A stretch of 64,000 nucleotides of DNA from Elusimicrobiota bacterium (GTDB lineage: Bacteria > Elusimicrobiota > Elusimicrobia > UBA1565): contig JBDREN010000071.1 of NCBI GenBank assembly GCA_043819795.1, positions 10,912-74,911 of the forward strand, given 5' to 3'. This document shows positions 48,809-57,034 of this stretch, piece after piece (position 1 is the stretch's first letter; each line of letters starts with the position of its first letter). The notes under the pieces are model-generated. The model ran no database searches. It was not told the DNA's origin and saw only the letters and a list, made by a program, of their open reading frames with translations. The position numbers and the translations under genes are program-made.

Positions 48809-50782
48809 TCAGTCCTTTTCCCGGCGGACGCCGGCCATGATCCAGAGGAAGAGGTCCCCGACGCGCGGGTCGAACATCCCTTCATGGATGTCGCGCTGGA
48901 TCTCCGCGAGCGCGGCGTGGGGAGTGCGGGGCTCCTGGTAGGGGCGCCAGGAGGTCAGCTCCTCGTAGGTGTCGGCGATCTGCACGATGCGCGCCACCGG
49001 GTTGATGTCCTTGCCTTTGAGCCCGTCGGGATAGCCCGAGCCGTCGACCCGCTCGTGGTGATGCCGGATCGCCTCCTTGACCTCCGGGCTGATGGGGAAG
49101 TTCTGCTCATCGAGGATCTTCTCCGCCTCCATGACGTGGGCTTTGATCAGGGCCTGGTCGGGCGGGGGCAGCTCCTGGAGGTGGTTCTCGAAGCTGAGCA
49201 GGTGCTCGGGCACGTTCCGCCTGCCCACGTCGTGCAGATAGCCGGTCAGGAACGCCGTCCGGACTTGCTCCGCGTCGAGCCCCATGGCGTTGGCCAGCGC
49301 CCCGGAGAGCGCCGCCGTCGCCTTGCCGTGCCCGATCGCCCCCTCCAGCGCCTCGACCGAGAGGACCAGCTCTTCGGGAAGCTTCACCTCGGTCGAGAGC
49401 TGGCGGTAGATCTCGACCACCTTGGCCGGCAGGCGTCCCGTGTCCGCCAGGGTGTCCTTGAGGCTGAGCACCTCGAAGGCGGGGACCCGTTCCTTCGTGC
49501 CGCTCATCGTGGAGTTGATCGTGATCAGGTCCCGGTCCTTGCCTTCCAGGAAGGCCGAGGCGAGCGCCTCCTCGATATTATGCCGCTCGCTGGGGTTCAG
49601 CTCCAGGGCGCGGCGGTGGTAGCTCAGCGTCTGGGTCATGTCGCCGAGCTTCGCGCATACGTTCGCCGCCTCGAGGCAGAGCTGCGAGGTGGGCTCCTCC
49701 GCGATCGAGTTCTTGAGGGTCACGAGGCGCGCCTCGAACCGGCGGACCTCCTCGGGGGTCAGCCCGCTGCGTATGCGGCGCACGTTGAACCAGCGGCGCA
49801 CCTGCTCGTAGGTCCTCTGGTCGATGCAGACCCCGCCTTCCGGGCTCACGGCCTGGAGCCGGGCGGCGAGATTGACCGTGTCGCCGATGGCCGTGTAGTT
49901 CTTGCGCATCTTGGAGCCCACGAGCCCGACGATGGAGGTCCCGGTCGCGATGCCGATGCGCATCTTCTGAGGGAAGCGCTTCTCCCTGAGCCGCTTCTGC
50001 ATCCTCAAAGCCGCCAGCACGGAAAGCAAGGCGTGGTTCTGCGTCGCGATGGGCATGCCGAACTCCGCCAGCAGCCCGTCGCCGAGGTATTTGTCCAGAT
50101 GGCCTTTGAACCTCGCCAGGATCGGCTCCAGCGCCGAGAAGAGCTGGTTGAGGTCCTCGACCACCATCTCCGGCGGACGCGCCTTCGCGGACCGCGTGAA
50201 ATCCACGAGGTCGGCGAAGAGGACAGAGAGCGGGCGCTTCTCGTTGCGGAGCTTGCGGTCCATGATGAGCTTCGCCACGTACGGGTCGATCGTGGCGTGC
50301 AGGATGGATTCCGCCCGGTCCTTGTTCGCTATGATGGCTTTCCGCAGCTCCTTCTCCCGGGCGAGCTGTTCTTCGGCCTTCTCGTAGCGCGAGCGGAGCC
50401 GGTCGCCCGACCTGCCGACCAGCGCCCCGGCCGCCGCCAGGAAGAAGCCCCAGAGGACGATGTGGAGATAGGCCCACCCGCCCGCGGTCCCGCGCGAGAA
50501 CGGAGCCGGATCGACGATCGTTGAGAATACCACCCAGCCGGCGCAGAAGATCGCGCCCGTGACCGCGGCGCGGGTGCTGATGAAGAAGCCGGCCAGCAGA
50601 ACCGGGATGAAGAGCGCGCTCAGGTAGACCGGCTTTTCGTTGAAGAAGACGAAGATGAAGGCGATGACGGCCAGCGTGGACAGCATGAACGCCAGCTCGT
50701 AGTTCTTGACGAGGACGTCGGGCCAGTTTTTCTTCAGTTCGGTGAGAATGCGTCGTCCGTCCTGCGGTTTTTCAGCCGGCAT
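48809..50782 (-). CDS. Membrane class III nucleotide cyclase fused to HD-GYP phosphodiesterase domain (TPR-like insert)
   Basis: About 4 TM helices; LFADLVDFT, DKYLGDGL, YTAIGDTVNLAARL; LHDVGR, HHHERVDGSGYP, RIVQIAD, RPY. Confidence 0.9.
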   Translation of the reverse strand: MPAEKPQDGRRILTELKKNWPDVLVKNYELAFMLSTLAVIAFIFVFFNEKPVYLSALFIPVLLAGFFISTRAAVTGAIFCAGWVVFSTIVDPAPFSRGTAGGWAYLHIVLWGFFLAAAGALVGRSGDRLRSRYEKAEEQLAREKELRKAIIANKDRAESILHATIDPYVAKLIMDRKLRNEKRPLSVLFADLVDFTRSAKARPPEMVVEDLNQLFSALEPILARFKGHLDKYLGDGLLAEFGMPIATQNHALLSVLAALRMQKRLREKRFPQKMRIGIATGTSIVGLVGSKMRKNYTAIGDTVNLAARLQAVSPEGGVCIDQRTYEQVRRWFNVRRIRSGLTPEEVRRFEARLVTLKNSIAEEPTSQLCLEAANVCAKLGDMTQTLSYHRRALELNPSERHNIEEALASAFLEGKDRDLITINSTMSGTKERVPAFEVLSLKDTLADTGRLPAKVVEIYRQLSTEVKLPEELVLSVEALEGAIGHGKATAALSGALANAMGLDAEQVRTAFLTGYLHDVGRRNVPEHLLSFENHLQELPPPDQALIKAHVMEAEKILDEQNFPISPEVKEAIRHHHERVDGSGYPDGLKGKDINPVARIVQIADTYEELTSWRPYQEPRTPHAALAEIQRDIHEGMFDPRVGDLFLWIMAGVRREKD

Positions 50783-50850
50783 CTTGCGGCCCCCCTACCG
50801 TCTGCTTGGTCAAAAGAGCGGAAAGCGACGATAGCGTCACGCCCGATTTA

Positions 50851-50910
50851 AGGATAGACGGGAACATTCCTGTTGTCAACGTGACTAAAGTTAAATCTTT
50901 GTCAAGATTT
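50851..50910 (-). promoter_or_regulatory. Sigma70-type promoter TTGACA-N17-TATCCT plus upstream palindrome AAATCTT-N4-AAGATTT
   Basis: -10 at 50851-50856, -35 at 50874-50879, palindrome at 50893-50910 in an AT-rich patch. Confidence 0.55.
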
Positions 50911-50933
50911 TATGAACGAAATGCAGGCCCGGC

Positions 50934-52910
50934 CTATTCGTAGCGCAGCGCGTCTATGGGGTGCAGGGCGGCCGCCTTGCGCGCGGGCCAGAGCCCGAAG
51001 ACGATGCCGACCCCGGCGGAGAACGCCACGGCCAGCGCCACCGAGGCCGGCGAGATGGCTGCGGCCCAGCCGGCGATCTTCGCCATGGCCATGGTGATGG
51101 ACCAGCCCAGAAGGATGCCCGCCAGCCCTCCGGCGATGCTGATGACCACGGCCTCGATGAGGAACTGGGAAAGGATGTCGTTTCTGCTCGCGCCCACGGC
51201 TTTTCTCAGGCCGATCTCCCGGGTGCGCTCCGTGACGGAGACGAGCATGATGTTCATGATGCCTATGCCGCCCACCAGCAGGGAGATCGCCGCGATGGAG
51301 GCCAAAAGAGCGGACATGGTCTTGCTGGTCGACGTGATCATCTCTTGTATCTCGGCCATGTTGCGGATCCGGAAGGCGTCCTCCTGCCGGGCCGGGGGGA
51401 CGCGGTGCCTGCGGATGACCAGCTGCTGCACGGCCGTCTGTACGGGCTCCAGCTGCTCGGCGCTGGCCGCCTCGATATCTATGGAGTCCACATACTTCTT
51501 TCCCAGCACCCGGCGCATGGCGGTCAAGAGCGGGATGGCGACCGTGTCGTCCCGGTCGCGGTGCCCGGCGCTCCCCTTCTCGGGCAGCACCCCGACCACC
51601 TGGAAGCTGATGCGGTTGATCTTGATGAACTCGCCGATGGGGCTTTTCCCCTCGAAGAGCTCCCGGGCCACCGTGAGCCCCAGAACGGCGACCCGGGCCC
51701 GGTTGAGGTTCTCCTCGGCGGTGAAGAACCGGCCGATCTCCGGCTCCGAGGCCCGCATGGCCGCGTACTCGGGCATGACCCCTTCGAGGCTCGTGCTCCA
51801 GTTCATGTTGCCGTAGACGATCTGGCCGCGCCCGGACACGCTGGGGCAGACCCGGCGGACCCCCGCGATCTCAGCGATGGCCCTCGCGTCCTCGGGCGTC
51901 AGCCGGGTCACGGAACCCGACTCCATGGCCACGCCGCCCGACCGGCGGGAGCCCGGCCGCAGGTTCAGGAGGTTCGAGCCCATGGAGGCGAGGCGCTGCT
52001 CGATGGAACGCTGGGCGCCGGTGCCCAGCGCGAGCATCGCGACCACGGCGGCCACGCCGATGAGGATTCCCAGCATGGAGAGCGCGGTGCGGACCTTGTT
52101 GGCGAGCAGCGCCCGCGTCGCGTGGCGGAAGTGCTCGAGGAACTCTTTGGCGCTGCCCGCGAGGGAAGTCCTGCTCCGGGAAGCCGGTGCGGGCGCGCCG
52201 CCGTCCGTCTCCGCGCGCGGGGCTCTCTCGGGCCCCTGGTCCCCCGACGGCTCGTCGGATTGGATCTTGCCGTCGTGCATCCGGATGATGCGCCGCGCCT
52301 GCTTGGCGATCTCGGGGTCGTGCGTCACGATCACCACCGTGATCCCCTGGGCGTTGAGCTGCCCGAGCAGGCCCAGGATTTCCTTGCCGCTCTTGGAGTC
52401 GAGATTCCCGGTGGGCTCGTCCGCGAAGATCACGCGCGGCTCGTTAATGAGGGCGCGCGCCACCGCCACGCGCTGCTGCTGGCCTCCGGAAAGCTCGTTG
52501 GGCTTGTGATCGAGCCGGTCGCCCAGACCCACGTTCTCGAGCAGCCGGGCAGCCCGTCTCGGATCGTGTCCGTTGCCGCAATAAAGCAGGGGCAGGCTCA
52601 CGTTTTCGAAGCTGCTGGTCCTGGGCAGCAGGTTGAACTGCTGGAAGATGAATCCCAAAGTCCTGCCCCTCAGCGCGGCCAGCTCGTCCTCGGAGAGGGC
52701 CGAGACCTCCCTCCCGAAGAGGTTGTAGGAGCCTTTGTCCGGCACATCCAGCAGGCCGAGGATATGCATCAGCGTGGACTTGCCGGAGCCTGAGGGTCCC
52801 ATGATGGCGACGAACTCCCCTTCCCGGACGGTCAGGGAGACCCCGCGCAGGGCATGGACCGTCACCTGCCCCATCTGGTAGGTCTTGTGGACGTCCCGGA
52901 TCTCGATCAT
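50934..52910 (-). CDS. macB: MacB-family ABC transporter (ATPase-permease fusion)
   Basis: Start MIEIRDVHKTY; GPSGSGKST, LSGGQQQRV, VGGIGIMNIMLVSVTERTREIG. Confidence 0.95.
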   Translation of the reverse strand: MIEIRDVHKTYQMGQVTVHALRGVSLTVREGEFVAIMGPSGSGKSTLMHILGLLDVPDKGSYNLFGREVSALSEDELAALRGRTLGFIFQQFNLLPRTSSFENVSLPLLYCGNGHDPRRAARLLENVGLGDRLDHKPNELSGGQQQRVAVARALINEPRVIFADEPTGNLDSKSGKEILGLLGQLNAQGITVVIVTHDPEIAKQARRIIRMHDGKIQSDEPSGDQGPERAPRAETDGGAPAPASRSRTSLAGSAKEFLEHFRHATRALLANKVRTALSMLGILIGVAAVVAMLALGTGAQRSIEQRLASMGSNLLNLRPGSRRSGGVAMESGSVTRLTPEDARAIAEIAGVRRVCPSVSGRGQIVYGNMNWSTSLEGVMPEYAAMRASEPEIGRFFTAEENLNRARVAVLGLTVARELFEGKSPIGEFIKINRISFQVVGVLPEKGSAGHRDRDDTVAIPLLTAMRRVLGKKYVDSIDIEAASAEQLEPVQTAVQQLVIRRHRVPPARQEDAFRIRNMAEIQEMITSTSKTMSALLASIAAISLLVGGIGIMNIMLVSVTERTREIGLRKAVGASRNDILSQFLIEAVVISIAGGLAGILLGWSITMAMAKIAGWAAAISPASVALAVAFSAGVGIVFGLWPARKAAALHPIDALRYE

Positions 52911-52924
52911 GATAGCGTCAAGCC

Positions 52925-53998
52925 TCAGTGCCCACCGGAGCCCCCGCCCCCGCCGCCTCGGTCGCCTCCTCCGCCGCCGCTCCCGCCTCCTCCGCCTCCT
53001 CGGCCGCCGCTCCCGCCTCCTCCGCCTCCTCGGCCGCCGCCGCCGCGCCCCCTTCCGAAGGGCATGAAGGGGTTGGAGCCGGCGCTCTCCCTGGACTTCG
53101 GCATCTCCATGGTGCGCAGCAGCACCTCGTCGTCCTCCCGGAGGCCGGACACCACTTCGACCCGTTTGCCGTCCGAGAGGCCGGTCTCGATGCGCATGCG
53201 CGACGGCCGTTTGCCGCCTTCCGGATCCCGGATCAAGACCATGGAGCGCTCCCCCCGGCTGTGCACGGCCTGGGCCGGAAGCACCAGGACGCCGTTCTTC
53301 GCCGCGATGAGGAACTGCACGTTGGCGGTCATGCCGCTGCGCATGAAGGAGGGCACCCGCTCCGGCAGGATGTCCACCTCGTAGACGGTCACATTGCTCA
53401 CGGTCGTGGCTTCGAAAGCGATGTGGTCCACCTTGCCGCTTACGGATTCGTCGGGATAGGCGTCCAGGGTGATGGTCGCCCGCTGCCCGACCCGGACACT
53501 GCCTATGTCCGTCTCGTCCACCTGAGCCTTGATGATGAGCCGGTCGGACATGATGAATACCGCGTCCTGGGCGGTCACCGCCTGTCCGGGCTCCACCTTC
53601 CTGGCGATGATCTCCCCGTCCAACGGAGCCACCAAGGGAGCGGGCTTGTAGAGGTCCTGCCAATGCGCCAGCTCTTCCGGACCCTTGGCCCGCGCCGCGT
53701 CCAGGAGGGCGGCCCGCTCCGTCGAGCTCATCCAGGCCAGAAGCTGCCCCTGCTTGACCTTCTGCCCCTCCTTGGCCAGGATCTTCTCGGCGCGTCCCGA
53801 GATCGGCGGCTTGATCTCCACGCGGTTCTGCGGCTGCACCATGCCCGTGGCCAGGATGGTCACCTCGATATCGCCCAGCTCCACGCGTACGGGTTCGAAT
53901 CGCGGACCCTCATCCTTGTCGCGGATCCAGCGCCATGCGCAGACGGAGCCCACGACCAGCACCGCTAGGGCCGCCCAGACAAGCCTCTTCTTGGTCAT
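52925..53998 (-). CDS. macA: MacA-like periplasmic adaptor with Gly/Arg-rich tail
   Basis: VEIKPPISGR, APLDG, VDETDIG.V..GQ, MRSGMTA, TGLSDG. Confidence 0.88.
   Translation of the reverse strand: MTKKRLVWAALAVLVVGSVCAWRWIRDKDEGPRFEPVRVELGDIEVTILATGMVQPQNRVEIKPPISGRAEKILAKEGQKVKQGQLLAWMSSTERAALLDAARAKGPEELAHWQDLYKPAPLVAPLDGEIIARKVEPGQAVTAQDAVFIMSDRLIIKAQVDETDIGSVRVGQRATITLDAYPDESVSGKVDHIAFEATTVSNVTVYEVDILPERVPSFMRSGMTANVQFLIAAKNGVLVLPAQAVHSRGERSMVLIRDPEGGKRPSRMRIETGLSDGKRVEVVSGLREDDEVLLRTMEMPKSRESAGSNPFMPFGRGRGGGGRGGGGGGSGGRGGGGGGSGGGGGDRGGGGGGSGGH
52974..53040. repeat. 30-bp tandem repeat (~2.2 copies) encoding the RGGGGGGSGG tail
   Basis: ccgccgctcccgcctcctccgcctcctcgg at 52974 and 53004. 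Confidence 0.8.
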
Positions 53999-55245
53999 GG
54001 AATCGCTCCTTCGCCCTTCGCCAGATCCCAGGCCGCGCCCGCGAGCGCGGCGCTGCGGAGGCTGGAGAGCAGGGACTTCTGGTTGTTGATGAGATCGTTC
54101 TCTATGATATCCCAGTCCTCGAACGTCAGCAGTCCGCTCGTGTACTGGCTTCTCGCGATCTCGGCGCGGACCTCGGCGGCGTTGAGGAACTCCCGCTGCA
54201 CTTCGGTGCCGTCGACCGCGTCCCGGTAGGCGGTATGGGCGTTCAGGAGCCTCGAGACCAGCCCGTTGCGGACGTCGGACAGGCTCGCCCGTGACTGGCG
54301 CCGGGCCGCCTGCGCTCCCTTGACGTCATAGTAGTCTCCGCCGCCGGAGAACAGCGGCAAAGATAAGCTGATCCCGGTGGACCAGCGGTCTGAGTCGGGC
54401 GGCCAATCGCTGGCGCTGCGGGAAGCCGAGGCGCTCGCGGAGACCTCCGGGATGAACTGGCTCCGGGCGATGGTCACGCTCGCGTCCGCGGAGGCGACCC
54501 GCGCGGCGGCGCGGCGATAATCCGGAGTCGCCCGGGCGAGCATATCCACGTCCGGATCGCCGTCGGCGAGAGGCGCGATCAGGCTGCCTGTCGCGCGCAG
54601 GACGTCGAAGTCCTCGCGGCCGAGAGCGGTGGCGAGCTCTCTCTGGGCGACCTTGAGGGCCCGCGCGGACTTCGCGGCCTCGAACTCCGCTTCCCGGTAA
54701 GCGGCCTTGATCCTGAGATAGGAGCCCTTATGCTCCTTGCCGGCCTCGTAGCGCAGCTCGACCAGGCGCCGGTTCTCCTTGCGCCGGCCGGCGATGGTCT
54801 CCGTGAGGGTGACCCGGTCCTGGGCGTAGAGCATCTCGGCGAAGGACCTGCGCAGGTCGTAGCTCACCTGCGCCCATCCGGCCTGGAGATCGCAGCGGGC
54901 GATCTCCAGGTTCGCCCGGCTGCCGTCCACCGACGCCTTGTTCCGGAAGCCCGAGAAGAGGCTCTGCCTGGCGGAGAGCCCCATGCTGTACGAGTTGGAT
55001 TGGACGCTGCTGTCCGCATCGCTCTTGGAGTAGCCGGCGCTGGCCGAGACGTTCGGCAGGAAGGCGTTATAGCTGCCCCGATAGGCCGCCTCGGACCTGC
55101 GCACGGATTCCCGGGCCGCGGCCAGGGAGGGATTGTTCCGCGAGGCCTCGGCCACGGCGGCCTCCCAGGTCAACGCCGCGGCTCCCGCTTCGGCGGGCGG
55201 GGAGAATACCGCGAAGGCCAGGACCGCCGCCATCGCCCGCGCCAT
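53995..55245 (-). CDS. TolC-family outer-membrane efflux protein
   Basis: RBS AAGGAGG then MARAM signal peptide; NNPSL, FLPNVS, LSLPLFSGG, YxxG motifs; upstream of macAB. Confidence 0.9.
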   Translation of the reverse strand: MARAMAAVLAFAVFSPPAEAGAAALTWEAAVAEASRNNPSLAAARESVRRSEAAYRGSYNAFLPNVSASAGYSKSDADSSVQSNSYSMGLSARQSLFSGFRNKASVDGSRANLEIARCDLQAGWAQVSYDLRRSFAEMLYAQDRVTLTETIAGRRKENRRLVELRYEAGKEHKGSYLRIKAAYREAEFEAAKSARALKVAQRELATALGREDFDVLRATGSLIAPLADGDPDVDMLARATPDYRRAAARVASADASVTIARSQFIPEVSASASASRSASDWPPDSDRWSTGISLSLPLFSGGGDYYDVKGAQAARRQSRASLSDVRNGLVSRLLNAHTAYRDAVDGTEVQREFLNAAEVRAEIARSQYTSGLLTFEDWDIIENDLINNQKSLLSSLRSAALAGAAWDLAKGEGAIP

Positions 55246-55292
55246 GTTGTCCTCCTTGTTCATGGATGCCACAGCCGCTTACCTGTCCGGTA

Positions 55293-55323
55293 TTAGACTG
55301 CTCAAAGGCCGCGAAAGTGTCGC
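55293..55323 (-). promoter_or_regulatory. Candidate ECF-sigma promoter GCGACACTTT-N15-GTCTAA upstream of the tolC-like gene
   Basis: Identical boxes and spacing to the copy at 56254-56284. Confidence 0.7.
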
Positions 55324-55340
55324 CGCGCGCGCGGCACGGA

Positions 55341-55724
55341 TCAGTCCTTCTCCTGTTTTTCGCGGCGTTCCTTTCGGCGGGCCTCCCATTTGGCCCGCAT
55401 CGCGTCGAACTTCTGCCGTTGCTCGGGGTCCAGGTGCTTTCGGATATCCTCCCCGGTCGAGTCGTGCAGGGCCTTGAACCGCGGCCTGATCTCCGCGCGC
55501 AGCTCCTTGATCTTGTCCCTTTTGTCCTTCAGCACGGCGGCCACCTTCTCCTTCTGATCATCGGTCAGGTCCAGCTTGCGGCTGAAGCGCTTCAGGATCC
55601 ATTCGTAGCTCTTGCCGTGCGAGTGCTTGCGGTAGGCGCACCGCGCCGACCAAAGGCCGCAGGCGGCCCCGGCCAGCGCGCCGATCAGAAACGATATGGC
55701 GACGTGTTTCCAGTTGATCTTCAT
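55341..55724 (-). CDS. Spy/CpxP-like (periplasmic heavy-metal sensor-type) helical protein
   Basis: N-terminal TM; LDLTDDQ and LDPEQ (LTxxQ-like) motifs. Confidence 0.8.
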   Translation of the reverse strand: MKINWKHVAISFLIGALAGAACGLWSARCAYRKHSHGKSYEWILKRFSRKLDLTDDQKEKVAAVLKDKRDKIKELRAEIRPRFKALHDSTGEDIRKHLDPEQRQKFDAMRAKWEARRKERREKQEKD

Positions 55725-55773
55725 GGTCGCCTCCCACGGCGATCGACGCGACCATTCCCTGCGCTATGCTCGG

Positions 55774-56235
55774 TCACTGGTCCTCCAAGCTGACGCCCAG
55801 AAGTGCTTCGGGCTCCGGTGGCTCCGGCTGGAACGCCCAGGCCAAGGCTGTGGATTCCGCGCCGTCGGCAAGAAGGAGCGTTTCTGTGGAGATATCCGTC
55901 TCCCTGCCGGGCCAAGCCGTCAGGATCAGCGCGACCGACGCCGCGGCAAAAGCCGGGACCATCCAGCGGATCGCCGCGTCCCAGGGCCCCGCGGGGACCT
56001 CGAATTCCGGCGTTTCTTCCCGCTCGACGCCTTCCATGACCCTGGCGACGAAGGCTTCCGAGGTCAACGGCTCGGGGGTCCTGAAGAAGGCGGCCGCGAC
56101 CTTCTCCCAGCGCCCGTGGTCCAGGCGGCAGTCGGAGCATTCCACGATGTGGGCTTCCACCTCCCGCCTTTCGGCTTCGGGCAGCTCCCCGTCGCGCAGG
56201 GCGTGCAGCTTCTCTTTCAGTTCCGCGTGATCCAT
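55774..56235 (-). CDS. Zinc-binding (zf-HC2) anti-sigma factor
   Basis: DGEL...HIVECSDC (HxxxCxxC) and one TM helix. Confidence 0.9.
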   Translation of the reverse strand: MDHAELKEKLHALRDGELPEAERREVEAHIVECSDCRLDHGRWEKVAAAFFRTPEPLTSEAFVARVMEGVEREETPEFEVPAGPWDAAIRWMVPAFAAASVALILTAWPGRETDISTETLLLADGAESTALAWAFQPEPPEPEALLGVSLEDQ

Positions 56236-56253
56236 GGCCGTCCCCTCACCTGT

Positions 56254-56284
56254 TTAGACGTTGTCCGGCTCCAAAAAGTGTCGC
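56254..56284 (-). promoter_or_regulatory. Candidate ECF-sigma promoter GCGACACTTT-N15-GTCTAA overlapping the sigma stop codon
   Basis: Second exact copy of both boxes; the TAA of the -10 box is the sigma stop codon. Confidence 0.7.
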
Positions 56285-56829
56285 AGCCTTTCCTCGAAGT
56301 CCCGCCGCGCCCGGCGCAGGCGGGCTTTCACGGCGTCCAAAGAGCAGTCGAGCGCCTCCGCGATCTCATCGTAGCTCATCCGTTGGAGCTCGCGGAGCAC
56401 GAGGACCATCCGGTAATCGGCGGGCAGGTGGGACAGGACCCGTCGGACCAGATCGGCGTCCTCCAATGAGCGCTCCGGATCGGGAGGGAGGTCCAGAAGC
56501 TTGTGGATGCTCTCTCCCTCAGCCTCCACCAAGGCGTCCCACGACTCGGTCCTTTGGCGGGCTTCTTTCCTTAAAAGGTCCAGGCAGTGGCGCGAGGCGA
56601 TGCGATAGAGCCAGGTGGAAAACGCGGAAAGTGCTTGAAAATCCGCCAGGGACCGGTACGCCTTTATGAAGACCTCTTGCGCGGCGTCTTCGGCCCGCGA
56701 CGTATCGGAAAGGATGGAGGCGCAGAGACGCCGGACCTTGCCCTGGTATTTCCGGACCAGCTCCGCGTAGGCTTGCCTTTCCCCGCTACGGACTCTCCGG
56801 ATGATGTCGGTGTCTTGGAGGGGCTCCAC
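56254..56829 (-). CDS. ECF RNA polymerase sigma factor
   Basis: AEDAAQEVFIKAY, FSTWLYRIA, SYDEIAE..VKARLRRAR; TATAAT 6 nt before the GTG start. Confidence 0.95.
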   Translation of the reverse strand: MEPLQDTDIIRRVRSGERQAYAELVRKYQGKVRRLCASILSDTSRAEDAAQEVFIKAYRSLADFQALSAFSTWLYRIASRHCLDLLRKEARQRTESWDALVEAEGESIHKLLDLPPDPERSLEDADLVRRVLSHLPADYRMVLVLRELQRMSYDEIAEALDCSLDAVKARLRRARRDFEERLRHFLEPDNV

Positions 56830-57034
56830 GTGGGGATTATATCCGGGCCGCTCTGGGCTGTCTACGTATACAAGACAGGGTATGCCAAAGCCACGCCGTC
56901 CGGCGTCGGCTGCAAGGGATGTCGCATTTCCAAGAAGCTCCGCCGGGGTTGTCCCGCCGTATCAGAGATATGCGGAGCACCGGTCAGGCCGGGAATCCAG
57001 CGCCGGCGGAGCGTCTTGCCGTTCTCTTTGTCGG

